From: Octopus sinensis
Lineage: Eukaryota
Reading direction: 5' to 3'
NCBI RefSeq assembly: GCF_006345805.1
Contig: NC_042999.1
Coordinates: 58,466,001 to 58,530,000, forward strand
DNA: 64,000 nucleotides
A program made the position numbers and the translations under genes. The stretch's first letter is position 1, and the number at the start of each line of letters is the position of its first letter. Positions 38,700 through 49,672 of this stretch are shown here, one piece after another. The notes under the pieces were generated by a model, which was not told where the DNA came from, did no database searches, and saw nothing but the letters and a program-made list of their open reading frames with translations.

Positions 38700-39900
38700 A
38701 TTACATAAAAATATCTTGAAATACTAAAGAGTAAAATTATTCAATAAAATCGCCGTTGGCTTCAACCACGGCCTTCAGACGACTTCGGAATCTCCTGCAA
38801 CTCTTCTGGACGGTTTCCTTGTTTAAGTTGGTGAATGCTGCTTTAATCCTTGCCTTCAGTTCCTCTTCACAAGGAGTTTTGTTGATCTCTCGCTCAACTG
38901 CGCCCCACACATAATCAAGGGGGTTGCAGTCTGGGGAGTTAGAGGTGGCCTGATGTTAGGGTTGATGTGGTTGCAGAAATAGTCTGAAGCCATGACTGGG
39001 TTCTCCTGCCTGTGTGGCATGGTGCAGAGTCCTGTTGTCAGAAATAGGGTCTTCTAGCAGCCATCCTCTTGACCTAGGGCAGCACTGCCTCCTCCATGCA
39101 CTTGATGTAGGCCACCGTGTTGAGTCCGAGGCCGTGTGGGAAGATGAATGGAGCCATAACATAGTCATCACTAGTGATCTCTCAAGACATCAGGATGTTG
39201 ACTGGGTGTTTGATTTTTATTAGTCTCGGTACATGTTTTGGGGCCACGGCTAGCCAACAGTTGTTCTGTGTGTTCTCCACCTGATCCTGGCAGAAAATTT
39301 TCTCGTCTGAGAAAAATTAAAGCATGTTCGAATGGAGGGGATGCTTGAGTTTGTTCAAAAGCTTCGTAGCGCTGTTTTTCCTCTTGTCCCTCTTGGCTTG
39401 GGATAACAAATGGCCCTTTCTCATCTTGTTTGAGAAATATCGAATGTCTTCCTGCACTACCTGCCTGATAAGGATCTCAGATACTCCCATGTCTGGCGAT
39501 AGACCTGATTGACTTGGAGGGATCGTTGTCAATCATGGCCTGTATCTCACCAACAAATTCAGGAGTTCTTTTCTTATCAGAACGACGAGAATGAATTTTT
39601 TGAGCTGCTGTATCTTAGTAATCGCCATTAGGCTTATTCAACTCCTTCCGAGTCACCTGCATGCCCTCAGATTGACACTCAAGTCCACTGAAATGTTCGT
39701 GGTGGAGTTTCCGGTCTGAATACCAAGCAGTAAAGCATGTCATTTTCAAATTTCTGGCAGAGTTAATTGCGTCTTGGTGCTGATTTTCTCAAAGACGGTG
39801 CCCAACTGACCCTACTATATTGTGTAGTTAGTTGACAAAATCAAAAACAGAGTGCATGCGCGAAATTAAAAATATAAAATGGCAACAGTTTACCCATCAC
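38700..39900 (-). mobile_element. Tc1/mariner DD37D (maT-like) transposase remnant
   Basis: Minus strand gives SDEK.FCQDQV, QQDSAPCH, NSPDCNPLDY.WGAVE, RFRSRLKAVVEANG across frameshifts. Confidence 0.8.
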
Positions 39901-39904
39901 ATCT

Positions 39905-40034
<130 letters not shown>

Positions 40035-40281
40035 GATTGATCGAATGCTTTTGATTTAAGGAAAGGTCGGTATAATGTCCTGTCTGACGTGAGACCCCAT
40101 GTTAGTATACAAAAAAAACATCAAGTGAACCAATACCTACATATGTATGTGTGTATGTGTTTGTATGTATGTATGTGTTTGTATGTATGTATGTATGTAT
40201 GCATGTATACGTTTGTATGTATGTATCTTTGTATGAGTTATGCACGTACGTATGCATGTAAGTCTATATATATATAATGTA

Positions 40282-40323
<42 letters not shown>

Positions 40324-41389
40324 GTTATGTATGTCTAAATATGTATGTGCGCGCACGCACACACACACACGCATAAATATGTGTATTATTATGTGTTCAT
40401 GTCTGTATGTGAGAGTTCGTCTATAGATATGCAGAGATGCAAGTGTTAGAATGTCTATACGAATCTATATAAATATATTTCTACTTAATATTTAACGTAT
40501 GTTATTCAATTAATTTTATATTTTTACCTAAAACCCCAAGAGAGGGGAAAAAATGAAACAAACATTATTACTTAGTGGTACTGTTATTGATTTTCTTTTT
40601 AAAAAAAAAAAAATAATAATAATGAAGATAATAATAATAATATAATAATAATAATAATAATAATGATAACAATAATAACAATAATAATAATAATAATAAT
40701 AAAATAGCTGTTTATAAAATGCGAAGTGGAATTTCGTGAAATGAAAAATTTTATTACAGCAAACGACGTTGATAAAACAAAATTGACAAACTATCACTTA
40801 ATTATTGATAAACGTTTATTTAATTATTAAACCCATACTTGGAAATATATAGAGAAAAGTCTGAAACAACTATTTTTGTCTATGCCTGTGTGTAATCAAC
40901 ATTATTTATAAACAAGTGGTTTGTCATGCGTTGTTGTTGTTGTTGCTGCTGTTTTTGTTGTTGTTGTTTGTGTTTCTGCGTTTGTTGTTATTATTTCTAA
41001 TGTTTTTTTTTACTACCGCTGTTGTCGGTTTTGTTTTTGCTGTTATTGCATTCGTTATTGTTGTTTTTGACGTTGCTGTGTTTTGTTGTCGCTGTTGATA
41101 TAATTTTGCTGTTAATGTTTTCGTTGTGATTCTTATTGTTGTTGTTGTTGCCATTGTTCGTATTTAGTACCAAGTCGGCACTGAGCAATTATATTTCCGA
41201 ACAAAGAATTCCAGCTATGACCAACCGAACCGGTGTCATCTCTAAGACATGGCTACACTGGGCAGTTGCCCGGGGGCTTCAGAGGTCCCGGTGTGAGGCC
41301 CAATTCTAGTCTAAGTATAATACTTTAGATTCCAGTGAACTGATTTGGCCGGCGGCCTATAATGCTCATAACACGACTCTGTTGCTGTC

Positions 41390-42044
41390 TTCTTCTTCTT
41401 CTTCTTCTTCTTCTTCTTCTTCTTCTTCTTCTTCTTCTTCTTCTTCTTCTTCTTCTTCTTCTTCTTCTTCTTCTTCTTCTTCTTCTTCTTCTTCCAAATA
41501 TTAGCCACAAAGAATAATCTCTAATTCGTGCCTACTCAAAGCTACTAAGAATGCGTGTGGCAATTTGAAGATCCACCCACCACATGCGATAGACTTGCGG
41601 TTACACGGGCGCGAAAGCTACGTTGTTATCCTCATTCCGTAAACGGTGGGTTTTAACGGGTGTAGAACTGAACCATCCCGGGGTATAGAGGATTCGCAAT
41701 CTAGACTAGGGTCTGAAAGTTTACCACACCATAATGGGTTACACCATGGTTCCTTTTCTTTATGGCAGAAGTAGGAAGAAAGAATGAGAGAAAGTTGTGG
41801 TGAAAGAGTACAGCGGGGTTTATTGTAGATTTGATATACCCAATTGTCATTTTATATTTTTACTACAATGCTGTTTGCTAATTTTTTCTTTGTTTACTAA
41901 TCTTTTTTCTTTTCTTCTCTTCTTTTTTCTTTTCTTCTCTTCTTTTTTCTTTTTTTTTCTTTTTCTTTTCTTTTCTGAGAATCGAAACCGCGTTCTTACG
42001 ACCGCGAGTCCGCTGCCCTAACCATTGGACCATTGCGACTCCAC
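41390..42044 (-). mobile_element. Long SINE family C variant with (GAA)n tail; middle replaced
   Basis: 41502-41820 is the reverse complement of 43320-43638; 41965-42044 is the reverse complement of the head at 43174-43255. Confidence 0.75.
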
Positions 42045-43173
42045 TCTGTTGCTGTCTTAAACAAATCCCACCACTCCAACACTTCACTCAGCAGACATTT
42101 ATTTATCTCGAAGTACATTAGTCCATGTATCCTATTATAAACCAGGGTGATAGGGGGGGAAATTTGGTTGTTATTACTAGCAGATCAAGAAAAAACTTAG
42201 AGATCACTTCATTGACTTAAAAATGTTGTTGTTGTTGTTGTTATGGTTGTTGATGCTGTTGTAGCTGTGCTTCTGCTGTTCTCCAACTTAACTGTGATAC
42301 AATAAAGCCTTTCATCAAAGTCTTTTTAACCGTGAATATCATTACAATTTTTCTACCACGGTGCACCTAGGATTACATTATACAATGTGTCCGTTCTTCG
42401 CTTTTTCTTTTTAACGTCAGTTGGATATGATTTCTGAGCAGGTCGGAAGTTCTTTATTGATTCGCCTTTTCCTCATTCTTTTCTGATTCAATGGACGCTT
42501 CTTCTTTTTTCTATTTTTCATAAACGTTGGGCGTAATTTGAAGTCGATATGGATTATAGGCGATCTTCTAGAAGTTACAACCCTTGCCTTCATTTCCACA
42601 AACGGGATCAACAGTACTGACATTAATTCGAAGACGTATCGGGAATCGAAGTTAAGTAAACTGCTTCCAACTGATCGAAAGTTTATCTCCATTGTATGAC
42701 TCTCATGTTTCAAAGATACAAGGACTGGTATTTGAAATAGATCATGAAAGAAATTTCGCTATTGTTTTTGGTTGCCGATACGCTTCCGTGTTTAAAGTCT
42801 CAATGGTGAACATATTTACTGTCCCCTGTTGTTGTGTCGTCACTCTGTCGTCATCTGCTGCACGACTAACGTCCACCGTTCTTGTTCTCGGTTGCCAAAT
42901 TGCCAACGCTCTGCTTGCTGCCGCTTCTTCAAACACAGAAGCGAAAATGCCTGAAATCCAGTCAGTGTAGGAGATCCTACATAATCACTCGACCTGCTAG
43001 CAAAAATAGCCACCAGACATATTCAAATTCCCCTACACCGTCTTATAAGCAAGAACATTTTGGACATTGTAGCCCAGGTATACAAATCTATGTGATGGTA
43101 GTGGCTAGAAAGCCTTCCTCTAAGGTATTCTCAATCAAAACTAACCACAACTAACAACAACGACAACAACAAC

Positions 43174-43690
43174 GTGGAGGCACAATGGTCCAGTGGTGAG
43201 GGCAGCGGACTCGCGGTCGTAAGAACGCGGTTTTGATCCCCAGACCGGGCATTGTGTGTATTTATTGAGCAAAAACACCTAAGTTCCACGAGGTTCCGAC
43301 GGGGGTGGTGGTGGTGGTGAACCCCGCTGTACTCTTTCACCACAACTTTCTCTCACTCTTTCTTCCTACTTCTCCCACAACGCAGAGGAGCCATGGTGTA
43401 ACCCATTATGGTGTGGTAAACTTTCAGACCCTAGTCTAGACTGCGAATTCTCTATACCCCAGGATGGTTCAGCTCTCCACCCGTTAAAAACCACCGTTTA
43501 CGGAATGAGGATAACAACGTAGCTTTCGCGCCGGGCAACCGCCAGTCTATCGCATGTGGTGGGTGGATCTTCAAGTTGCCACACACATTCTTAGTAGCTT
43601 TGAGTAGGCTCGAATTAGAGATTATTCTTTGTGGCTAATGGCGTGTGTCCCGATTGGGAGAAGAAGAAGAAGAAGACAACAACAACACAC
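43174..43690 (+). mobile_element. Long SINE family C variant (tRNA head, ~300-bp distinct body, (GAA)n tail)
   Basis: Head matches the 9337-9652 head up to ~ctcactcttt, then diverges into a body shared with 41502-41820. Confidence 0.8.
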
Positions 43691-43929
43691 TGGGCACCAT
43701 ATTGGTGTCTACCAGAGGCTAAGTTGGCATTTTTATGCCAAGGAAAAAATTGGGAGGATGGAATTTATTTGGTTTAATCCATCACCACTTCTACGTGAGT
43801 GTTATATATTTCATCGAGACGGAAAGGATAAAAGTCAGTTTGAAGACATAGTGAATACCGGGAGGAGTTTCGTCCGACTGTCCTGTCTGAGCATGCTTTC
43901 AGTCGAATGCTGGGAACAGATGTGTGGGT

Positions 43930-44086
43930 GTGGGTGTGTGGTAAGAAGTTTACTTCTCAACCACATGGTTCCGAGTTCAGTCCCACTGTGTGGCAACGTG
44001 GCAACTTGGGTGTCTTCTGCTATGTCCTCGGGCTGACCAAAGCCTTGAGAGTGGATTTGGCGGCTTGGAACTGAAAGAAGCCCGTC
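43930..44086 (+). mobile_element. SINE family B 5' fragment
   Basis: gtgtggtaag...catggttccgagttcagtcccactg...ctgaaagaagcccgtc. Confidence 0.75.
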
Positions 44087-44468
44087 TTCTACGGTGAACT
44101 CAGCCAGGGCAAACGCAAAGTCGGAGGGCAGAAGAAGCGCTTCAAGGACAGTCTCAAAGTATCTCTCAAAGACTTCTCCATCGGCACAGAGACTTGGGAG
44201 ACACTTGCTGCCGACCGCTCATCCTGGCGTAGCGCAATCACCACAGGAACAAAGACAGCCGAGGAGAGACGGATTCAGTCAGCAGAACAGAAACGCCAGA
44301 TGCGGAAAGCCAGAGCCACCTGCACCAATAGCACAGCCCCTACCCACTTCTGCCCCACCTGTGGGAGGGGCTTCCTTGCCCGGATTGGCCTCACCACCCA
44401 CTTCCGGTCTCATATCAGCAATTCCACCAAATGATGTCAATGGTCATCTTCGAACCCGAAGGACGAAC
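44087..44468 (+). mobile_element. RTE (BovB-like) LINE 3' end
   Basis: Stop-free 115 codons FYGELSQGKRKVGGQKKRFKDSLK...CPTCGRGFLARIGLTTHFRSH to TGA at 44432; short 3' UTR ending CGAAGGACGAAC. Confidence 0.9.
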
Positions 44469-44470
44469 AT

Positions 44471-44501
<31 letters not shown>

Positions 44502-44767
44502 TTAGCAATTAAGGACAACTACTTAATAAGGAAAACTTAACAAGAAATTGTCAGGTAGATAGCGTAAAAACCTCATAAGAGAAAAAATTTCGAAAATAAT
44601 TATTTCTTATTGAACATATTAATTTATATATAGAGGGCATTATACATACATGCCAGAAGGCATTATACATACATGCCAAACGCTAAGAGGGACAATCAGT
44701 CATTTCTACCAAAAATATTACTAATCCCACCGAATGCAATTTTTCAAAGTAAGACATTTAAAAATAT

Positions 44768-44814
44768 AGCCTGTATCACAGTGATTTCATACTTACGTAA
44801 TCATCAGCAGGCCT
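44768..44814 (-). ncRNA. Type I hammerhead ribozyme
   Basis: Reverse complement of the 45305-45352 motif (1-nt difference in distal stem I). Confidence 0.7.
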
Positions 44815-45304
44815 GAATGTATTATAAATAAACAACGACCCTGCCCCGCTTAAGCCGATCAGCTAACTGATCAACATCAACGAAGCACATGGGTGAGTTT
44901 ACATATATTACATCCGGGTAAATGGCAAACTTTTACGAATTGCATTTCGGGAGAGGAAAAGTTTTTTCGGAATAAAAATTTAGCAATAAGGACAACTACT
45001 TAATAAGGAAAACTTAACAAGAAATTGTCAGGTAGATAGCGTAAAAACCTCATAAGAGAAAAAATTTCGAAAATAATTATTTCTTATTGAACATATTAAT
45101 TTATATATAGAGGGCATTATACATACATGCCAGAAGGCATTATACATACATGCCAGAAGGCATTTACATACATGCCAAACGCTAAGAGGGACAATCAGTC
45201 ATTTCTACCAATATATGTAAACGCACCCATGTGCTTCGTTGATGTTGATCAGTTAGCTGATCGGCTTAAGCGGGGCAGGGTCGTTGTTTATTTATAATAC
45301 ATTC

Positions 45305-45352
45305 AGGCCTGCTGATGATTACGTAAGTATGAAATCACTGTGATACAGGTCT
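45305..45352 (+). ncRNA. Type I hammerhead ribozyme
   Basis: AGGCCTG-CTGATGA-tTACgtaaGTAt-GAAA-TCACtGTGA-TA-CAGGTCT: 7-bp stem I, core, weak stem II, palindromic stem III, AUA triplet. Confidence 0.75.
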
Positions 45353-45510
45353 ATATTTTTAAATGTCTTACTTTGAAAATTGCATTCGGTGGGATTAGTA
45401 ATAATTTTGGTAGAAATGACTGATTGTCCCTCTTAGCTTTTGGCATGTATGTATAATGCCTTCTGGCATGTATGTATAATGCCCTCTATATATAAATATA
45501 TATATATATA

Positions 45511-45937
45511 TACTCATTTACTCTTTTACTTGTTTCAGTCATTGACTGTGGCCATGCTGGAGAACCGCCTTTAGTCGAGCAAATCGACCCCAGTACTTAT
45601 TCTTTGTAAGCCTAGTACTTATTCTATCGTCTCTTGTGCCGAACCGCTAAGTTACGGTGACGTAAACACACAAGCATTGGTTGTCAGGTGATGTTGGTGG
45701 GACAAACATAGACACACAAACACACACACACACACACACCACACACATATATATTATATATATATATATATATCATAGATACGACGGGCTTCTTTCAGTT
45801 TCCGTCTACCAAATCCACTCACAAGGCTTTGGTCGGCCCGAGGCTATAGTAGAAGACACCTGCCCAAGTTTCACGCAGTGGGACTGAACCCAGAACCATG
45901 TGGTTGGTAAACAAGATACTTACCACACAGCCACTCC
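45511..45937 (-). mobile_element. SINE family B, full length
   Basis: Minus-strand head GGAGTGGCTGTGTGGTAAG...GGGTTCAGTCCCACTGCG; 3' end gaaacaagtaaaagagta. Confidence 0.9.
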
Positions 45938-45952
45938 TATATATATATATAT

Positions 45953-47176
45953 AATTTAGCAATTAAGGACAACTACTTAATAAGGAAAACTTAACAAGAA
46001 ATTGTCAGGTAGATAGCGTAAAAACCTCATAAGAGAAAAAATTTCGAAAATAATTATTTCTTATTGAACATATTAATTTATATATAGAGGGCATTATACA
46101 TACATGCCAGAAGGCATTATACATACATGCCAAACGCTAAGAGGGACAATCAGTCATTTCTACCAAAAATATTACTAATCCCACCGAATGCAATTTTTCA
46201 AAGTAAGACATTTAAAAATATAGACCTGTATCACAGTGATTTCATACTTACGTAATCATCAGCAGGCCTGAATGTATTATAAATAAACAACGACCCTGCC
46301 CCGCTTAAGCCGATCAGCTAACTGATCAACATCAACGAAGCACATGGGTGAGTTTACATATATTACATCCGGGTAAATGGCAAACTTTTACGAATTGCAT
46401 TTCGGGAGAGGAAAAGTTTTTTCGGAATAAAAATTTAGCAATTAAGGACAACTACTTAATAAGGAAAACTTAACAAGAAATTGTCAGGTAGATAGCGTAA
46501 AAACCTCATAAGAGAAAAAATTTCGAAAATAATTATTTCTTATTGAACATATTAATTTATATATAGAGGGCATTATACATACATGCCAGAAGGCATTATA
46601 CATACATGCCAGAAGGCATTATACATACATGCCAAACGCTAAGAGGGACAATCAGTCATTTCTACCAATATATGTAAACGCACCCATGTGCTTCGTTGAT
46701 GTTGATCAGTTAGCTGATCGGCTTAAGCGGGGCAGGGTCGTTGTTTATTTATAATACATTCAGGCCTGCTGATGATTACGTAAGTATGAAATCACTGTGA
46801 TACAGGTCTATATTTTTAAATGTCTTACTTTGAAAAATTGCATTCGGTGGGATTAGTAATAATTTTGGTAGAAATGACTGATTGTCCCTCTTAGCTTTTG
46901 GCATGTATGTATAATGCCTTCTGGCATGTATGTATAATGCCCTCTATATATAAATATATATATATATATACTCATTTACTCTTTTACTTGTTTCAGTCAT
47001 TTGACTGTGGCCATGCTGGAGAACCGCCTTTAGTCGAGCAAATCGACCCCAGTACTTATTCTTTGTAAGCCTAGTACTTATTCTATCGGTCTCTTGTGCC
47101 GAACCGCTAAGTTACGGTGACGTAAACACACAAGCATTGGTTGTCAGGTGATGTTGGTGGGACAAACATAGACACA

Positions 47177-47215
<39 letters not shown>

Positions 47216-47395
47216 TATATATATATATATATACATAGATACGACGGGCTTCTTTCAGTTTCCGTCTACCAAATCCACTCACAAGGCTTTGGTCGGCCCG
47301 AGGCTATAGTAGAAGACACCTGCCCAAGTTTCACGCAGTGGGACTGAACCAGAACCATGTGGTTGGTAAACAGATACTTACCACACAGCCACTCC
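45953..47395. repeat. Near-identical tandem duplicate (~1455 bp) of 44498-45937 (hammerhead element plus SINE B)
   Basis: Same inversion junction at 46667; hammerheads at 46222-46269 (minus) and 46762-46809 (plus). Confidence 0.92.
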
Positions 47396-47429
47396 TATAT
47401 ATATATATATATATATATTTTCTTTTATT

Positions 47430-47645
47430 TTTTTATTTGTTTCAGTAATTTGACTGCAGCCATGCTGGAGCACCGCCTTTATTCGAGCAAATCGACACCA
47501 GGACTTATTCTTTGCAAGCCTAGTACTTATTCTATCGGTCTCTCTTGCCGAACCGCTAAGTGACGGGGCGTAAACACACCAGCATCGGTTGTCAAGCGAT
47601 GTTGGGGTGACAAACACAGACACACAAACACATACACACACACAA

Positions 47646-47717
<72 letters not shown>

Positions 47718-48321
47718 GATACGACGGGCTTCTTTCAGTTTCCGTCTACCAAATCCACTCACAAGGCTTTGGTCGGCCCGAGGCTATAGTAGAAGACACC
47801 TGCCCAAGTTTCACGCAGTGGGACTGAACCAGAACCATGTGGTTGGTAAACAAGATACTTACCACACAGCCACTCCTATATATATATATATATTATATAT
47901 ATATATATATACATAGATACGACGGGCTTCTTTCAGTTTCCGTCTACCAAATCCACTCACAAGGCTTTGGTCGGCCCGAGGCTATAGTAGAAGACACCTG
48001 CCCAAGTTTCACGCAGTGGGACTGACCCAGAACCATGTGGTTGGTAAACAAGATACTTACCACACAGCCACTCCTATATATATATATAATATATTTTCTT
48101 TTATTTTTTTATTGTTTCAGTAATTTGACTGCAGCCATGCTGGAGCACCGCCTTTATTCGAGCAAATCGACACCAGGACTTATTCTTTGCAAGCCTAGTA
48201 CTTATTCTATCGGTCTCTCTTGCCGAACCGCTAAGTGACGGGGGCGTAAACACACCAGCATCGGTTGTCAAGCGATGTTGGGGTGACAAACACAGACACA
48301 CAAACACATACACACACACAA

Positions 48322-48368
<47 letters not shown>

Positions 48369-48502
48369 TATATCGAAGGCTTCTTTTAGTTTCTGCCTAC
48401 CAAATCCACTCACAAGTCTTTGGTCGGCCCGAGGCTATAGTAGAAGACACCTGCCCAAAGTACCAGTGGGACTGAACCCGGAATCATGTGGTTGGTAAGC
48501 AA
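47430..48502 (-). mobile_element. Stack of three more SINE family B copies (47430-47876, 47909-48072 partial, 48100-48502)
   Basis: Repeated family B segments joined at (TA)n. Confidence 0.85.
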
Positions 48503-49229
48503 TATATATATATATATTTGTGTGTGCGTGTATGTGTGTTTGTCTTGCACCAACACTTGACAACCAATGGGTTCGGCAAAAGAAACCGATAAAATAAGTA
48601 CTAGGCTTAAAAAAAAAGTACCGGGGTAGATTCGTTTGACTAAAAGCTCTTCAAGGCTGAAACAAGTAAAAGATAAAACATATCCTCCTAATTCGTGGTC
48701 TTTTATTTTGTACTGTACACTAAAGGCGGCGAATTGGCCGAGTGTGTTCCGTATTGGACGCTAGGGAATTAGCAAGGTGTGTCCGTGTCTTGGTGGCGCG
48801 CGGAGTAGGTAAAGCAATATATGTAATGTCTGGTAGTATTTGCTCTACTTCTCCGCTGAGTTTAAATCCCACCAAGATAAAACAGGTTTGCTTGTAATGC
48901 TTCTGAAGTTGATAAATAAAATATCCGTCAAGTGCTGGCGTCACTTTATTCACTCTCCTTCTCTCCTCGTCCATTTCTCTCTATCTTTTGAAACCCTCAT
49001 AACTGATTACATAACTGATCTCAGCCGACAAATAGTGTCTTCGAAACAAAAACAAAAAAACAAACAAACAAAAAATAAAACAAACCAAAACAAAAAAACA
49101 TTAAATTGAAAAGAAAGATAACGCCATCGAAGGAAGGTATTCTCTCACGGTAATTTCATGACAAACACAGTGATTGTCTTTAAAGTCACAAGGGTTGTTC
49201 GTTGACCAGATAACGTAATGAATGAATGA

Positions 49230-49246
49230 ATGAATAATAATAATAA

Positions 49247-49291
<45 letters not shown>

Positions 49292-49325
49292 TATGATGAT
49301 AATGATAATAATAATAATAATGATG

Positions 49326-49372
<47 letters not shown>

Positions 49373-49388
49373 GATAATGATGATGATG

Positions 49389-49434
<46 letters not shown>

Positions 49435-49448
49435 TGATGATGATGATG

Positions 49449-49480
<32 letters not shown>

Positions 49481-49636
49481 TATGATGATAATAATAATAA
49501 TTATGATGATAATAATAATGATAATGATGATAATGATAATAATAATAATGATGATGATGATAATAATAATAATAATGATGATGATGATAATAATAATGAT
49601 GATGATGATATAATAATAATAATAATAATAATAATT

Positions 49637-49671
<35 letters not shown>

Positions 49672-49672
49672 A
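49230..49672. repeat. ~440-bp interrupted (ATA)n/(ATG)n microsatellite
   Basis: Direct reading. Confidence 0.95.

Larger units (their letters stand above)
44498..45497. mobile_element. Hammerhead-bearing non-coding element: 478-nt unit in partial tandem (minus, 44498-45210) plus inverted copy (plus, 45211-45497)
   Basis: AAATTTAGCAAT at 44498 and 44976; inversion junction TTCTACCA|ATATATG at 45210; (TA)n flanks. Confidence 0.85.

Noticed and set aside
41311-41510. Poly-Lys/poly-Arg ORFs; also poly-Ile/Leu/Asn ORFs at 28776, 31180-31805, 49145-49770, 53622-53955
   Set aside because: Trinucleotide microsatellites.
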